Source: Tubulanus polymorphus (taxonomy: Eukaryota; Animalia; Nemertea). From it: a stretch of DNA of 64,000 nucleotides. Location of the stretch: the NCBI RefSeq assembly GCF_964204645.1, contig NC_134030.1, positions 15,190,110 through 15,254,109 on the forward strand, in the 5' to 3' direction. Each line of letters begins with the position of its first letter. Within the stretch, counting starts at the first letter, position 1. The notes under the pieces are model-generated. The model was not told the origin of the DNA and made no database searches. It worked only from the letters and a program-made list of their open reading frames with translations. Below, in pieces: positions 1 to 13,829 of the stretch. A program made the translations under genes and the position numbers.

Positions 1-205
1 GATAACTTAGGATACTACCTTGCTTGACTCCACTAGTTTGACCGACTTATTCCAAGATGAGGCGTTCCGTTGATTTCGGCTACAAGTTTTCGTTCAGAGA
101 TAACTGCTGAGCCATTTGGGCGACCTATCATTGATACTGTTTCCTAAAAGCCTGCTTAGTTATGGCTGATGTTGAGCCTTATCAAATGCTTTGTCAAAAT
201 CCACC
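1..205 (-). pseudogene. Non-LTR (CR1/L2/Jockey-like) reverse transcriptase fragment, inverted copy
   Basis: Reverse complement of 2936-3140 (e.g. gataacttaggatactaccttgc vs gcaaggtagtatcctaagttgtc). Confidence 0.7.
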
Positions 206-1170
206 GTTGAACAGGATTCTAAGACTGTGCAGAAAACCCGTTATCGCTGCTTTGCAGCTATATTTATAATTATTATTTTATGTCACACTATTTCCACTAA
301 AGGAACAAAGGCTTTGTTACCTTGCCGCTGTTGTCGATACAGGTGGTATGATATCGTTCAGCTCACTAAGATCTACAAATACTCCGTGTGTTTTTTCACA
401 AATTATCGTTACAAAAGCACTGTCGAGCCGTAAACATCGAAAATTTAACCCCATTCAATGGGGCGACATGTTTTTCGAGTCGTCATCCCGAAATCAACCC
501 ACAGGCCGAGTGTGACTTCGATTATCAATTCAAGTATAAATGAACTAATTTATTGCTGCAGACTTCACATTCAGCTGCGGTCCTCAAACAGTACTTTTAA
601 CAATAGCCCATTTTCCTCATCAAATCATATTACCCATAGGAAATTTACTACTGTAGATTTGAAAAGCACTGTCGAACCGTAAACATCGACGAATCGATGT
701 GTGTCACTACATCGTCGTTCCGGCGATCAGCTGCGAGTTTCTCCTCATCATGAGAATCAAATCGAGTACAAATGAATTTATTACTACCAGTGATTTCGCT
801 GCAGGTTTCAAGCAGTTAGTTTAACAATACCTATTTTTCTTTTCCAAATTAACCGTATTTTTACTAAGATAAATCTTTAGTATACTGGGGAGTCGAAGGC
901 CTAAACTAAACACGCCGAAGAGATAAAGCAGAGAAAAGCTGTTGTGTCGACGAGGTATCAAAATAAAAGAATATATTACCTTATTCGGCCTTTATATCAA
1001 TATCATCAATACTCTATATTTCCTGCAGTACATACCGATCATTGTCAAATGCACAAGGTATTTACTAAATACAAGTATATAACACACTGGATTCACACTT
1101 GACATTTGGAGTAAACGTTCGCTGCGGGGGAAAGGAGATCGTTCGCTGTGTCGCTTGAAGTGTTTATCGA
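205..1170. mobile_element. Dispersed ~0.95 kb non-coding repeat (family A), copy 1
   Basis: Same sequence occurs in the opposite orientation at 1190-2935 (with a MITE insert), 11053-12000 and 25107-25735; shared end aactcgataaacacttca.gcgacacagcgaacgatctcc. Confidence 0.8.
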
Positions 1171-1189
1171 GTTAGGCCTAATAAATAAC

Positions 1190-2935
1190 GCGGCGAACGA
1201 TCTCCTTTCCCCCACAGCGAACGCTTGCTCCGAATGTCAAATGTGAGTCCAGCATACGGAAAGGAGTGTGTTATATACTTGTATTTAGTAAATACCTTGT
1301 GCATTTGACAATGATCGGTATGTACTGTAGGAAATATCGAGTATTGATGGTATTGATATAGAGGTTGAAGCCCGCGGCCGAATAAAGTAATATATTCTTT
1401 TATTTTGATACCTCGTCGACATAACAGCTTTTCTCCGCTATATCTCTTCGGCGTGTTTCGTTTAGGCCTACGACTCCCCTGTACACTTATGATTATCTTA
1501 GTAAATACACGGATAATTTGGTAAAGAAAAATAGGTATTGTTATACTAACTGCTTGAAGCCCGCAACCAAATAACTGGTCACAGGGACTTGTCACGACTG
1601 ATAATGGATGAGACCAATGATGGGGGTACCAGTATCCCTGCAACTGTATAATAAAATAACAAGGGTGGCAACAAATTTTCAATCTGACAATGTATTCTCC
1701 ACTTCAATCGACTGTAATTCCAAAAATTCTCAACCGATTCACATGAAATAAGCTTTAATACAACCTAGAAGACTTTCTGCTTCGACCGAGCCTACAACCA
1801 CCACTCTCCGACAATTATCTCACAACGAAATCACCTTTTTTTGACGAGAGCTCACCCATCGCGTGGATTATACAAATAAATGAGATAAGCGTACAGGTAT
1901 GACCGCGTAGTTTTAAAAAATGTATAGTTTGTTGGGGTTATCTCTAAGATTTCACATAGAAATCATCGTTTGAAGTGAAAAATACGACCATTTTGCTGTC
2001 CACCATAGAATCGGTACACCTCCAATTTGAGCTATCTCTCGTCAAAAAACGGTGATTTCGTTGTGAGATAATTGTCCTAGAGTGGTGGTTAAAGGCTCAT
2101 TGGAAGCAGAAAGTCTTCTAGGTTGTATGAAAGCTTATTTCATGTGAATCGGTTGAGAATTTTTGGAATTACAGTGGATTGAAGTGGAGAAGTCATTGTC
2201 AGATTGACAATTTGTTACCACCCTTGTTTTTTATATTATACAGGGATAGTGGACCTGGTCATTGATATTGGTTTTATTCATTCACTATCAATTGTGACAA
2301 GTCCCTGTGTAACTGGTAGTAATAAATTAATTTGTACACGATTCGATTCTCATGATGAGGAGAAACTCGCAGCTGATCCCCGGAATGACGATGTAGTAAC
2401 ACACGTCGATTCGTCCATGTTTACGGCTCGACAGTGCTTCTAAAATCTAAAGTAGTAAATTTCCTGTATATCGGTAATATGATTTGATGAGGAAAATGGG
2501 CTATTGTTAAAATTAGTTTTTAAAAACCACGACAATGTGCAATCTTGTGCAATCTTCAATGTGCAATGTGCAATCTTTGGGTAATAAATTTGTTAATTTA
2601 TGCTTGAATTGATAATCGACGTGACAAGAAAGGTGCGGTAGATTTCGGAAAGACGACTTAGAAAAACATGTCGGCTCTTTGAATGGGGCTCAATTTTCGA
2701 TGTTTACGGCCCGACAGTGCTTTTGTAACGATGATTCTTCAAAATACGCACGGAGTATTTGTAGATCGAAGTGAGCTGAATGATAACAGACGGATTGTAT
2801 CGGCAACAGCGGTAATGTAAATAAGCCTATGTACTTTTGATAAAAAAAGTGTGGAAAAAAATAATAATAATGATAATAAATATAGCTGCAAAGCAGCGAT
2901 AACGGGTTTTCTGCACTGTCTTAGAATCCTGTTCA
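1190..2935. mobile_element. Family A repeat, copy 2 (inverted relative to copy 1, interrupted by a MITE)
   Basis: Colinear with 11053-12000 once 1580-2309 is removed. Confidence 0.8.
1580..2309. mobile_element. MITE with ~270-bp TIRs and 8-bp TSD (hAT- or P-type)
   Basis: Termini CACAGGGACTTGTCAC...GTGACAAGTCCCTGTG. TAACTGGT is duplicated at 1572-1579 and 2310-2317. The uninterrupted site is visible in the family A copy near 11440. Confidence 0.9.
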
Positions 2936-3170
2936 ATGGTGGATTTCAACAAAGCATTTGATAAGGCTCAACATCAGCCATTACTAAACAGGCTATTAGG
3001 AAACAGTATCAATGATAGGTCGCCCAAATGGCTCAGCAGTTATCTCTGAACGGAAACTTGTAACCGAAATCAACGGAACGCCTCATCTTGGAATGAGACG
3101 GTCTATCAGTGGAGTCACGCAAGGTAGTATCCTAAGTTGTCTTCTGTTTATTGTCCTGACAAATGACATA
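2936..3170 (+). pseudogene. Non-LTR retrotransposon RT fragment (frameshifted)
   Basis: Translates as MVDFNKAFDK..H..LL.RL...WLSSYL, then after a frameshift INGT...SGVTQGSILSCLLF...ND. These match the LINE RT motifs DFxKAFD and GVPQGS. Confidence 0.8.
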
Positions 3171-3527
3171 CACAGTAATCCAAAATATACCAGACCGAGT
3201 AAATTTCCAAAACGACCTTAACACACTGTTCGACCAAAAAACTTAATGTTCCGACAAAACCACGGGCGACAAAACCAAAATTATGAATTGTCGCAGGTGA
3301 CAAAACCAAAATATTGAATTGTCACGGGCGACAAAACAAAGATAATGAATTGTCACGGGCGATAAAACCAAAATAATGAATTGTCGCGGGCGATAAAACC
3401 ATAATAATGAATTGTCGCGGGCGTTAAAACCAAAATATTGAATTGTCGCGGACAACAAAAACTAAATATTGAATTGTTGCGTGCGACAAAACCAAAATAA
3501 TGAAATGTCGCGGGCGACAAAACCAAA

Positions 3528-4102
3528 CTAGGGGTCCAGGGACACCATGCTCACTTGGGAAGTGGTTTCAAATGCTCAACAATCTAATAATTTCAATACA
3601 TAACGCCCTCTAGTGACCATATACAAAAACCAATGACCTTGAAACCCACCACAATCATAGAACATGTGAGCAGCTATGATTTGTAATTGATTGTGATAAC
3701 AAAATATGCCTCGTTACCAATTTAATCTGGAAATACTAAGTTATTCTACTATTCAACGCCCCCTGGTGACCATATGCAAAACCCGATGACCTTAAAACTC
3801 ACCACAATCGTAGTACATGTCATGAAATACAACTTTGCAATTGATCATAGTAACAAAATATGCCTAGGTACCAATGTAATAAGGAAATACTTAGCCATTC
3901 TACTATTCAATGCCCCCTGGTGACTATATGGAATAACTAATGTCCTTAAAAACTCACCACAATCATAGACGATGTCATGAACTACAACAATACAATGGAT
4001 CATGGTAACAAACTATGCCGTGGTACCAATCTAATAAGGAAAAACTAAGCTTTTCTACTATTCAACGCCCCCTGGTGACTATATGGAATAACTAATGTCC
4101 TT
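3528..4102. mobile_element. Truncated Helentron-like non-autonomous element (HINE) with ~154-bp internal tandem repeats
   Basis: Starts in an A-run with a GC-rich short inverted repeat. The unit caacgccccctggtgac(c/t)atat recurs at ~3603, 3754, 3909 and 4064; the same unit is at ~5802 and ~5954. Confidence 0.6.
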
Positions 4103-5619
4103 AAAAACCAAAATAATGAATTGTCGCGGGCGTCAAAACCAAAAGAAGAATTGTCGCGGGCGACAAAACAGAAATAATGAATTGTCGCTGGAGATAAAAC
4201 CAAAGTAATGAATTGTCATGGGCGATAAAACCAAAATATTGAATTGTCGCGGGCGACATAATGAATTGTCGCTGGAGATAAAACCAAAGTAATGAATTGT
4301 CGTGGGCGATAAAACCAAAATATTGAATTGTCGCGGGCGACAAAACCAAAATTGTGAATTGTCCAGGCGACAAAACAAAAATGATGAATTGTCTCGGGCG
4401 ACAAAACCAAAATAATGAATTGTCGCGGGCGATAAAACAAAAATAATGAATTATCGCGGGCGATTAAACCAAAATATTGAATTGTCGCGGGCGATTAAAC
4501 CAAAATAATGAATTGTCTCGGGCGACAAAACCAAAATAATGAATTGTCGCAGGCGATAAAACAAAAATAATGAATTATCGCGGGCGATAAAACAAAAATA
4601 ATGAATTATCGCGGGCGATTAAACCAAAATATTGAATTGTCGCGGGCGATTAAACCAAAATAATCAATTGTCTCGGGCGACAAAACCAAAATAATGAATT
4701 GTCGCGGGCGACAAAACCAAAAAAAAAATTGTCGCGGGCGACTAAAACAAAATATAAAACCAAAATAATGAATTGTCGCGGGCGACAAAACCAAGAAGAA
4801 GAATTGTCGCGGGCGACAAAACCAAAATAATGAATTGTCGCTGCTGGAGATAAAACCAAAGTAATGAATTGTCGCAGGCGACAAAACCGAAATATTGAAT
4901 TGTCGCGGGCGACAAAACCAAAATATTGAATTGTCGCGGGCGACAAAACCAAAATATTGAATTGTCGCGGGCGACAAAACCAAACTAATGAATTGTCGCG
5001 GGCGATAAAACCAAAATAATGAATTGTCGCGGGCGACAAAACCAAAATAATGAAAAACCAAAATGGTGAATTGTCGTGGGCGACATAACCAAAATAATGA
5101 ATTGTCGCGGGTGACAAAACCAAAAAGAAGAATTGTCACGGGCGACAAAACCAAAATAATGAATTGTCGCTGGCGATAAAACCAAAGTAGTGAATTGTCG
5201 TGGGCGACAAAACCAAAAAAAAATTGTCGCGGGCGACTAAAACAAAATATAAAACCAAAATAATGAATTGTCGCGGGCGACAAAACCAAGAAGAAGAATT
5301 GTCGCGGGCGACAAAACCAAAATAATGAATTGTCGCAGCTGGAGATAAAACCAAAGTAATGAATTGTCGCAGGCGACAAAACCAAAATATTGAATTGTCG
5401 CAGGCGACAAAACCAAAATATTGAATTGTCGCGGGCGACAAAACCAAACTAATGAATTGTCGCGGCGACAAAACCAAACTAATGAATTGTTGCGGGCGAT
5501 AAAACCAAAATAATGAATTGTCGTGGGCGATAAAACCAAAATAATGAATTATCGCGGGCGACAAAACCAAAATAATGAAAAACCAACATGGTGAATTGTC
5601 GCGGGCGACAAAACCAAAA

Positions 5620-8018
5620 CAAGAGCCCCAAGGGGCACAATGGCCAGCCTGTCAGATTTGCTTTTTATAAATGATGTAATCTGTGGGTTATATTTATCAA
5701 TATACACTCCCTGCTCAATATCATTTACATAGTAAAATTGTGTGTTAACACAGACAGCAGGAACGAATGTAATATAGAAATACTAAGTTATTGTATTGTT
5801 CAACGCCCCTGGTGGCCATATACAAAAACCAATGAGCTTGAAACTCACCAAGATCATAGACCATGTCATGAGCTACAACTTTCCAATTGATTGAGTTATC
5901 AAAATATGCATAGGTATGAATGTAATATAGAAATACTAAGTTATTGTATTGTTCAACGCCCCCTGGTGGCCATAAACAAAAAACAATGAGCTTGAAACTC
6001 ATCTCGATCATAGAACATGTCATGAGTTACAACTTTCCAATTGATTATAGTAGCAAAATATGCTTAAGTATCACTTACGATGTGGAAAAACTTTTTTTCC
6101 ACCTACGAATGAGTACTGATGACCCCAAGATGGCAGCCAAGTGCGTCATAATTGCCTGGTCAAAAATACCCTCTCGGATATAAAAGATCCCTTTCCAAAG
6201 AATACCCATTACAAATTGCAATGAAACATGGCACACCATTAGAAAGCTACAGTACTCAGAATTCAGGCCAAAATTGACATTTTTGGGAACAAAAAAGGTT
6301 ACAGTACGGCCATCTTGAGTCCGATCGACCCAATTTTTCTCATGCCGATGGGCCCTTGGGGGATACAAATATATACGAATGATCAAGGTTATTGATAAAA
6401 GTGTCTTCAAAATTTCCCTCGAAAACTTCAAAAATGTGTAAAAAGTGCTGATTTTGGCGAACAACAATGGCTGCCAGTCGGCCATCTTGAATCTGACAGG
6501 GCCAGTTTTTGGCCTGAAGATGTGTCTAGGGTAGATACACGTATAAACCAAATATCAAGACATTACCTTGAAGCGTCTTCAAAACTTTGGAACTCTCACG
6601 AACTATCTAGATGGTTATCTCTCGACCTAAATAGCTTCAAGAGCCATCTCAAAACAACTTTGTTCCATGCAGCATACCATTAACTCTCGGAAAGCGAATT
6701 GTATTTAACATTTTTTTGGCAGAATAAAATTTGATTGAATTTGCAATTCGGGCACATGGCTAATTAGCATATCAAGGTCATACACCCGATTTGGTAAAAC
6801 CTTTTTTTTCGCGAACCTTGCGCAATTGTCAAGGATGAATTTTCTGTAGAGCAAATAAAAATTCCTCCCAAACACCAAATCAACTAAAGATTTCATAGAA
6901 ATCGATCTTGAAATACAATTTTAAATCTTAAAATAAAACCCGGAAGTAAAACAGTAGACGATACCGCGGGTTCGCGTGAACACCTGATTTCTGTAAACGA
7001 AATGTTGGTTGTGACAAAATTGTTCAGACGGTTTTAGGTGGTAATAAGTAGGCTACGGAAACGTAACGACCATGGTCGACTTATTCGATGAAATCAGGCC
7101 TATGTGATATCCAAATTTTGACTTTTTTATTCATCAGACCTCCCTGATATAGAAATAAAAAATTTTGGTGGTACGAAAGTGCAATCACAGCGCCGACGGG
7201 GACAGCGCCATGTCAGAGATCGGCGGAGTGAAAATTGAGGTGGACGAACACGAAGAAGTAGGCTATTGCGCTACTTGAATCACGAAAACTCCTGGCGCGG
7301 CCCCCGACGCTTTTCGTTGATTAAGTAATAAAAATATCATGCAATGGGTTTTCACAATCTACCGCTGGTATTTACCGGATTTTAATATCACTCCAAAATT
7401 CAAAGAAACCTCGAAATATCGAACCGGAATACTTCCGGTAGATATCCGCGGCTGCCCAACCGGGAAACTTATTAGTTTCAATAGATATTGATAGGATCCA
7501 TCATCTTCACCCGTCAAGGGATTCGAACCCACTAAGCTAAAGCCATGCCAGAATCGGGTCGGGCTAATCACAGCGCTTGTAACAAACCACATTAGGCTTC
7601 TGTGGAATTTCCCAGTAAATGGGCCAATCAGCGAACACGTAGCGAACGCGGAAGTATTGTCGCGTGTTGATACATAAAGTCATGCGCAAAAGCGCCAGTA
7701 ATGAAATCGCGATAATTCACGTGAACAGCTGCTGATATTTTCAGATAAACCAATCACAGGGAAGACACAACTTCCTGATTGGCTGATAAAAATTGAAATT
7801 TTCCCGATTTAACTTTCGTGAAAAATGCAGAAAACATTTTTATGAGACCCTATTTCAAAATTCTGCTCGCTACGATTCCGAGAATGGCTTACGCTTAAAT
7901 ACGTGATTTGTTCGAATATGCCCTCACTTGGCAAGCAAAAGAGCCTTTTGTGTGGAAACCATGTCATTTAAATTCGCTCCATTTGTATAGTAATAGGCTC
8001 AGCCTACGGCTGGCCTAA
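5620..8018. mobile_element. Composite Helentron/HINE-like insertion in the satellite
   Basis: Inserted between aaaaccaaaa and taatgaattg with no TSD. Begins caagagccccaaggggc, carries ~152-bp tandem repeats, and ends in the hairpin taggctcagcc-tac-ggctggccta. Confidence 0.65.
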
Positions 8019-11000
8019 TAATGAATTGTCGCGAGCGACAAAACCAAAATAATGAATTGTCGCTGGCGATAAAACCAAAGTAGTGAATTGTCGCGGGCGA
8101 TAAAACCAAAATATTGAATTTTCACGGGAGACGAAACCTAACTAATGAATTGTCGCGGCAGCAAAACAAAATAATGAATTGTCGCGGGCGATAAAACCAA
8201 AATAATGAATTGTCGCGGGCGACAAAACGAAAAACCAAAATGGTGAATTGTCGTAGGCGACAAAACCAAAATAATGAATTGTCACGGGCGATAAAACCAA
8301 AATAATGAATTGTCGCGGGCGACAAAACGAAAATAATGAAAAACCAAAATAATGAATTGTCGCTGGCGATAAAACCAAAGTAGTGAATTGTCGTGGGCGA
8401 AAAAGGAAAAAAAAAATTGTCGCGGGCTACTAAAACAAAATATAAAACCAAAATAATGAATTGTCGCGGGCGACAAAACCAGGAAGAATTGTCGCGGGCG
8501 ACAAAACCAAAATTATGAATTGTCGCTGCTGGAGATAAAACCAAAGTAATGAATTGTCGCGGGCGACAAAACCAAAATATTGAATTGTCGCGGGCGACAA
8601 AACCAAACTAATGAATTGTCGCGGGCGATAAAACCAAAATAATGAATTATCGCGGGCGATAAAACCAAAATATTGAATTGTCGCGGGCGATAAAACCAAA
8701 ATAATGAATTGTCGCGGGCGACAAAGCAAAAAAAAAAAATTGTCGCGGGCGACAAAAACAAAATATAAAACCAAAATAATGAATTGTCGCGGGCGTCAAA
8801 ACCAAAAGAATTGTCGCGGGCGACAAAACCAAAATAATGAATTGTCGCTGGAGATAAAACCAAAGTAATGAATTGTCGTGGACGATAAAACAAAAATATT
8901 GAATTGTCGCGGGCGACAAAACCAAACCAATGAATTGTCGCGGGCGACAAAACCAAAAAAGTATTGTGGGGGCAACAAAACCAAAATAATGAATTGTCGC
9001 GGGCGACAAAACCAAAATTGTGAATTGTCCAGGCGACAAAACCAAAATGATGAATTGTCTCGGGCGACAAAACCAAAATAATGAATTGTCGCAGGCGATA
9101 AAACAAAAATAATGAATTATCGCGGGCGATAAAACCAAAAGATTGAATTGTCGCGGGCGATTAAACCAAAATAATGAATTGTCGCGGGCGACAAAACCAA
9201 AATATTGAATTGTCGCGGGCGACAAAACCCAAAAAAAATTGTCGCGGGCGAAAAAAACAAAATATAAAACCAAAATAATGAATTGTCGCGGGCGTCAAAA
9301 CCAAAAGAAGAATTGTCGCGGGCGACAAAACCAAAATAATGAATTGTCGCTGGAGATAAAACCAAAGTAATGAATTGTCGTGGGCGATAAAACCAAAATA
9401 TTGAATTGTCGCGGGCGACAAAACCAAACCAATGAATTGTCGCGGGCGACAAAACCAAAAAAGTATTGTGGGGGCAACAAAACCAAAATAATGAATTGTC
9501 GCGGGCGACAAAACCAAAATTGTGAATTGTCCAGGCGACAAAACCAAAATGATTAATTGTCTCGGGCGACAAAACCAAAATAATGAATTGTCGCAGGCGA
9601 TAAAACAAAAATAATGAATTATCGCGGGCGATAAAACCAAAATATTGAATTGTCGCGGGCGATTAAACCAAAATAATGATTTGTCGCGGGCGACAAAACC
9701 AAAATAATGAATTGTCGCGGGCGACAAAACTAAGAAGAATTGTCGCGGGCGACAAAACCAAAATAATGAATTATCGCTGCTGGAGATAAAACCAAAGTAA
9801 TGAATTGTCGCAGGCGACAAAACCGAAATATTGAATTGTCGCGGGCGACAAAACCAAAATATTGAATTTTCGCGGGCGACAAAACCAAACTAATGAATTG
9901 TCGCGGGCGATAAAACAAAAATAATGAATTATCGCGGGCGATTAAACCAAAATATTGAATTGTCGCGGGCGATTAAACCAAAATAATGAATTGTCTCGGG
10001 CGACAAAACCAAAATAATGAATTGTCGCGGGCGACAAAACCAAAATATTGAATTCGTCGCGGGCGACAAAACCAAAAAAAAAATTGTCGCGGGCGACTAA
10101 AACAAAATATAAAACCAAAATAATGAATTGTCGCGGGCGACAAAACCAAGAAGAAGAATTGTCGCGGGCGACAAAACCAAAATAATGAATTGTCGCTGCT
10201 GGAGATAAAACCAAAGTAATGAATTGTCGCAGGCGACAAAACCGAAATATTGAATTGTCGCGGGCGACAAAACCAAAATATTGAATTGTCGCGGGCGACA
10301 AAACCAAAAAGAAGAATTGTCGCGGGCGACAAAACCAAAATAATGAATTGTCGCTGGCGATAAAACCAAAGTAGTGAATTATCGTGGGCGACAAAACCAA
10401 AAAAAAAATTGTCGCGGGCGACTAAAACAAAATATAAAACCAAAATAATGAATTGTCGCGGGCGACAAAACCAAGAAGAATTGCCGCGGGCGACAAAACC
10501 AAAATAATGAATTGTCGCAGCTGGAGATAAAACCAAAGTAATGAATTGTCGCAGGCGACAAAACCAAAATATTGAATTGTCGCGGGCGACAAAACCAAAC
10601 TAATGAATTGTCGTGGCGACAAAACCAAACTAATGAATTGTTGCGGGCGATAAAACCAAAATAATGAATTGTCGCAGGCGACAAAACCAAAATAATGAAA
10701 AACCAAAATGGCGAATTGTCGTGGGCGAAAAAACCAAAATGGTGAATTGTCGCGGGCGACAAAACTAAAATAATGAATTGTCGCGGGCGACAAAACTAAA
10801 ATAATGAATTGTCGCGGGCGACAAAACCAAAAAGAAGAATTGTCGCGGGCGACAAAACCAAAATAATGAATTGTCGAGGGCGATAAAACCAAAATAATGA
10901 ATTGTCGTGCGCGACAAAACCAAAATTATTGTTTTGTCGCGTTATTTTAGTTTTGTCGTTTTGTCATAATGTCGCCCTCATTTGCATATTCGTGGTTTTT

Positions 11001-11052
11001 TTACGCATGGCCCTTATCAGCCACCATACTAAAGCCTTAAGGTCGCGATAAA

Positions 11053-12000
11053 CTCGATAAACACTTCAAGCGACACAGCGAACGATCTCCTACTCCGAAT
11101 GTCAAGTGTTAGTCCAGCATACAGAAAGGATTGTGTTATATACTTGTATTTAGTAAATACCTTGTGCATTTGACAATGATCGGTATGTACTGTAGGAAAT
11201 AAAGAGTATTGATGGTATTGATATAGAGGTTGAAGCTCGCGGCCGAATAAAGTAATATATTCTTTTATTTTGATACCTCGTCGACATAACAGCTTTTCTC
11301 CGCTATATCACTTCGGCGTGTTTCGTTTAGGCCTACGACTCCCCGGTACACTTATGATTTATCTTAGTAAATACACGGTTAATTTGATAAAGAAAAATAG
11401 GTATTGCTAAACTAACTGCTTGACGCCTGCAGCCAAATCACTGGTAGTAATGAATTGATTTGTACTCGATTTGATTCTCATGATGAGGTGAAACTCGCAG
11501 CTGTTCCCCGAACGATGATGTAGTGACACACGTCGATTCGTCGATGTTTACGGCTCGACAGTGCGTTTAAAATCTAAAGTAGTAAATTTCCTGTATATCG
11601 GTAATATGATTTGATGAGGAAAATGGGCTATTGTTAAAATTAGTTTTTAAAAACCGCGACAGAATGTGCAATCTTTGGGTAATAAATTTGTTAATTTATG
11701 CTTGAATTGATAATTGATGTGACAAGAAACGTGCAGTAGATTTCGGAAAGAGGACTTAGAAAAACATGTCGGCTCTTTGAATGGGGCTCAATTTTCGATT
11801 GTTTACGGCCCGACAGTGCTTTTGTAACGATGATTCTTCAAAATACGCACAGAGTATTTGTAGATCGAAGTGAGCTGAATGATATCAGACGGATTGTATC
11901 GACAACAGCGGCAAGGTAACAAAAACTTTGTTCTTTTAGTAAAAATAGTGTGGAAGAAAATAATAATAAATATAGCTGCAAAGCAGCGATGAGTTTTCTG
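11053..12000. mobile_element. Family A repeat, copy 3 (uninterrupted)
   Basis: Colinear with 1190-1579 plus 2310-2910. Confidence 0.8.
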
Positions 12001-12739
12001 AGCAGGCGTGCTATTCATAATTTGAAAAGTGGATAATAGAAATATATCAATACGGGATACGCATTTGATGTGTCAAGTCACACCAATGCGGTTTAACATA
12101 ACATAATTTATAGTTATAGTCAAATTGGGGGTTACTCGGATTGTTTAGTTGTCTGTGGAGTTGAGTAGATTGGTTACCCGTCTGTAACATTGGTTACGGA
12201 AACGACTCGTCAGCTTGATGAGTTGTATGTATTATGATTGTGCGCCACCTGCATTTTCCGAAATAATGTTCATATAATTATTTGAAGGGACGATTGAAAT
12301 CAATTATCAACGTACATCTGAATATGTTATAGTCCTTAGTAACTATCTGTTGCAGAGGGCATAGAAAAGATTTTGAAGTTATTTGATTAAAATATAAATT
12401 TTATTTACGAATAATAAACTATTATGGTCAGTACAAATTGAAAATTCAGTGTATTTTTAAGAACAAGCTTACATAGCTTACAGAATACATCACGTACATT
12501 TGAATTTTATAAGTGATGGGTAAAAATCAACGTGACAGAAAAAAAATGTAGTTAATTATTTAACAATATCGAAATATGTGCTCTCTTTTTAAACTAATGG
12601 AGTGATACGCAATTAATCACATGGCCTGTATTAAAAGATAGAACATACAAGTTGGATATAAGTCGAAACATGTGAACAGAAACTAAAACGTTGATGTCAG
12701 TGACCAGTATGGAATTACACAACGACAATTGGCTTTAAA

Positions 12740-13150
12740 CTCAACAAACATTATTAAAGAATGTTTCAAACAAAATGCTTTATATAACGACATGAATAAA
12801 CTTGTTTTTCAAAACAAGAAAGTACATTTTGAACTTTTGAATGGTCGAATCCCATTTATTCACAGTAACCTGTGATGTGGCGATTCTCGGAGCCATCCTT
12901 CTTGATGACGTCACTAACAAGTGGTCACGGTCGACGCGTGCACTCATTTCTTTGAAAATCTAGCTTCCTCGTGGAGCGGGACCTGGTGACGCTGCGCCCC
13001 GCCCCCTTCGCGCTGAGAAATATCTTATTCCCAGTCAGCAGAGACAGGTTCTAAAGATCATAGAGTGCATCGCTGGAGGGTTTCCGATCCATATAATTGA
13101 TTTGAATTGGTGCGGTGGCGCTCTCAATGCGGAAGTTTTTGTCATTCCGA
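12740..13150. repeat. Dispersed repeat fragments shared with 22410-22580, 37320-37425 (inverted) and 44165-44250 (inverted)
   Basis: gttctaaagatcatagagtgcatcgctggagggtttccgatcc (~13049) has its reverse complement at ~37375-37415. aaacaagaaagtacattt occurs at ~12812 and ~22464. Confidence 0.7.
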
Positions 13151-13829
13151 ATTTTTCAGTCGGCGACGGACGCTTATCGTTGTAAGTGATGTAATATGTA
13201 AAAAAACACAGGGAAACCTATCTCAATTTGTTTTTAGGAACATTTTGATATATAACATGACCATAGCATGACACTATCTCTAATGGAATAATAAGCTCCA
13301 CTCGACAAACTCGTTCCCGTGCATTTTTATCTCTGTTTCAGCACACACACAGCCCCTCTACCTACCATCAATGCCTAACCCCTGTTCGACCAACTGTGGG
13401 CGTTTTCCTTTGAAACATAAGCCTAAATGTAAAAGATAAGCATTAATCTAAGTTAATGCTGCATCTTTATCATGAAACCTAAGAAAGATTATTCTATTAT
13501 TTAGGCCTATTCAAATTTTCTGTCCACTACCACGTGGTAAAAAGACCCAGTCAAAATTGTGCATCACGCTTTGACGAAGAAATTGGTCTAGGCTATAAAT
13601 TTTACGACTCAAACGAATCTTTTCCTCAACAAAGCCGCTTTTAGTTTGATGCAAAATGTCATTTGCTTTTAAAATGTGTAACTAGGCCTAATCAAAAGGA
13701 TATTTCAAAAGCAAACTTTGCCGGACCAAGAGCCATATTGAATTCAATTTTTTCCGAACCATTATGCCTCTTTCATCATAACATTATTTATCCTATTTCA
13801 AGATCTTAGGCCAACAAGTAGAGAGAGGG

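Larger units (their letters stand above)
3250..10945. repeat. 31-bp satellite (AAAACCAAAATAATGAATTGTCGCGGGCGAC)n in three blocks: 3250-3527, 4103-5619, 8019-10945
   Basis: Head-to-tail units with an internal palindrome TTGTCGC-GG-GCGACAA; no unique spacers. Confidence 0.97.

Noticed and set aside
4101-10892. Many overlapping minus-strand ORFs (VLSPATIHYFGF...)
   Set aside because: Artefacts of translating a stop-poor satellite; they occur in all three frames.
3250-10945. CRISPR array (palindromic ~31-bp repeats)
   Set aside because: Units are head-to-tail with no unique spacers, no cas genes are present, and the context is eukaryotic.
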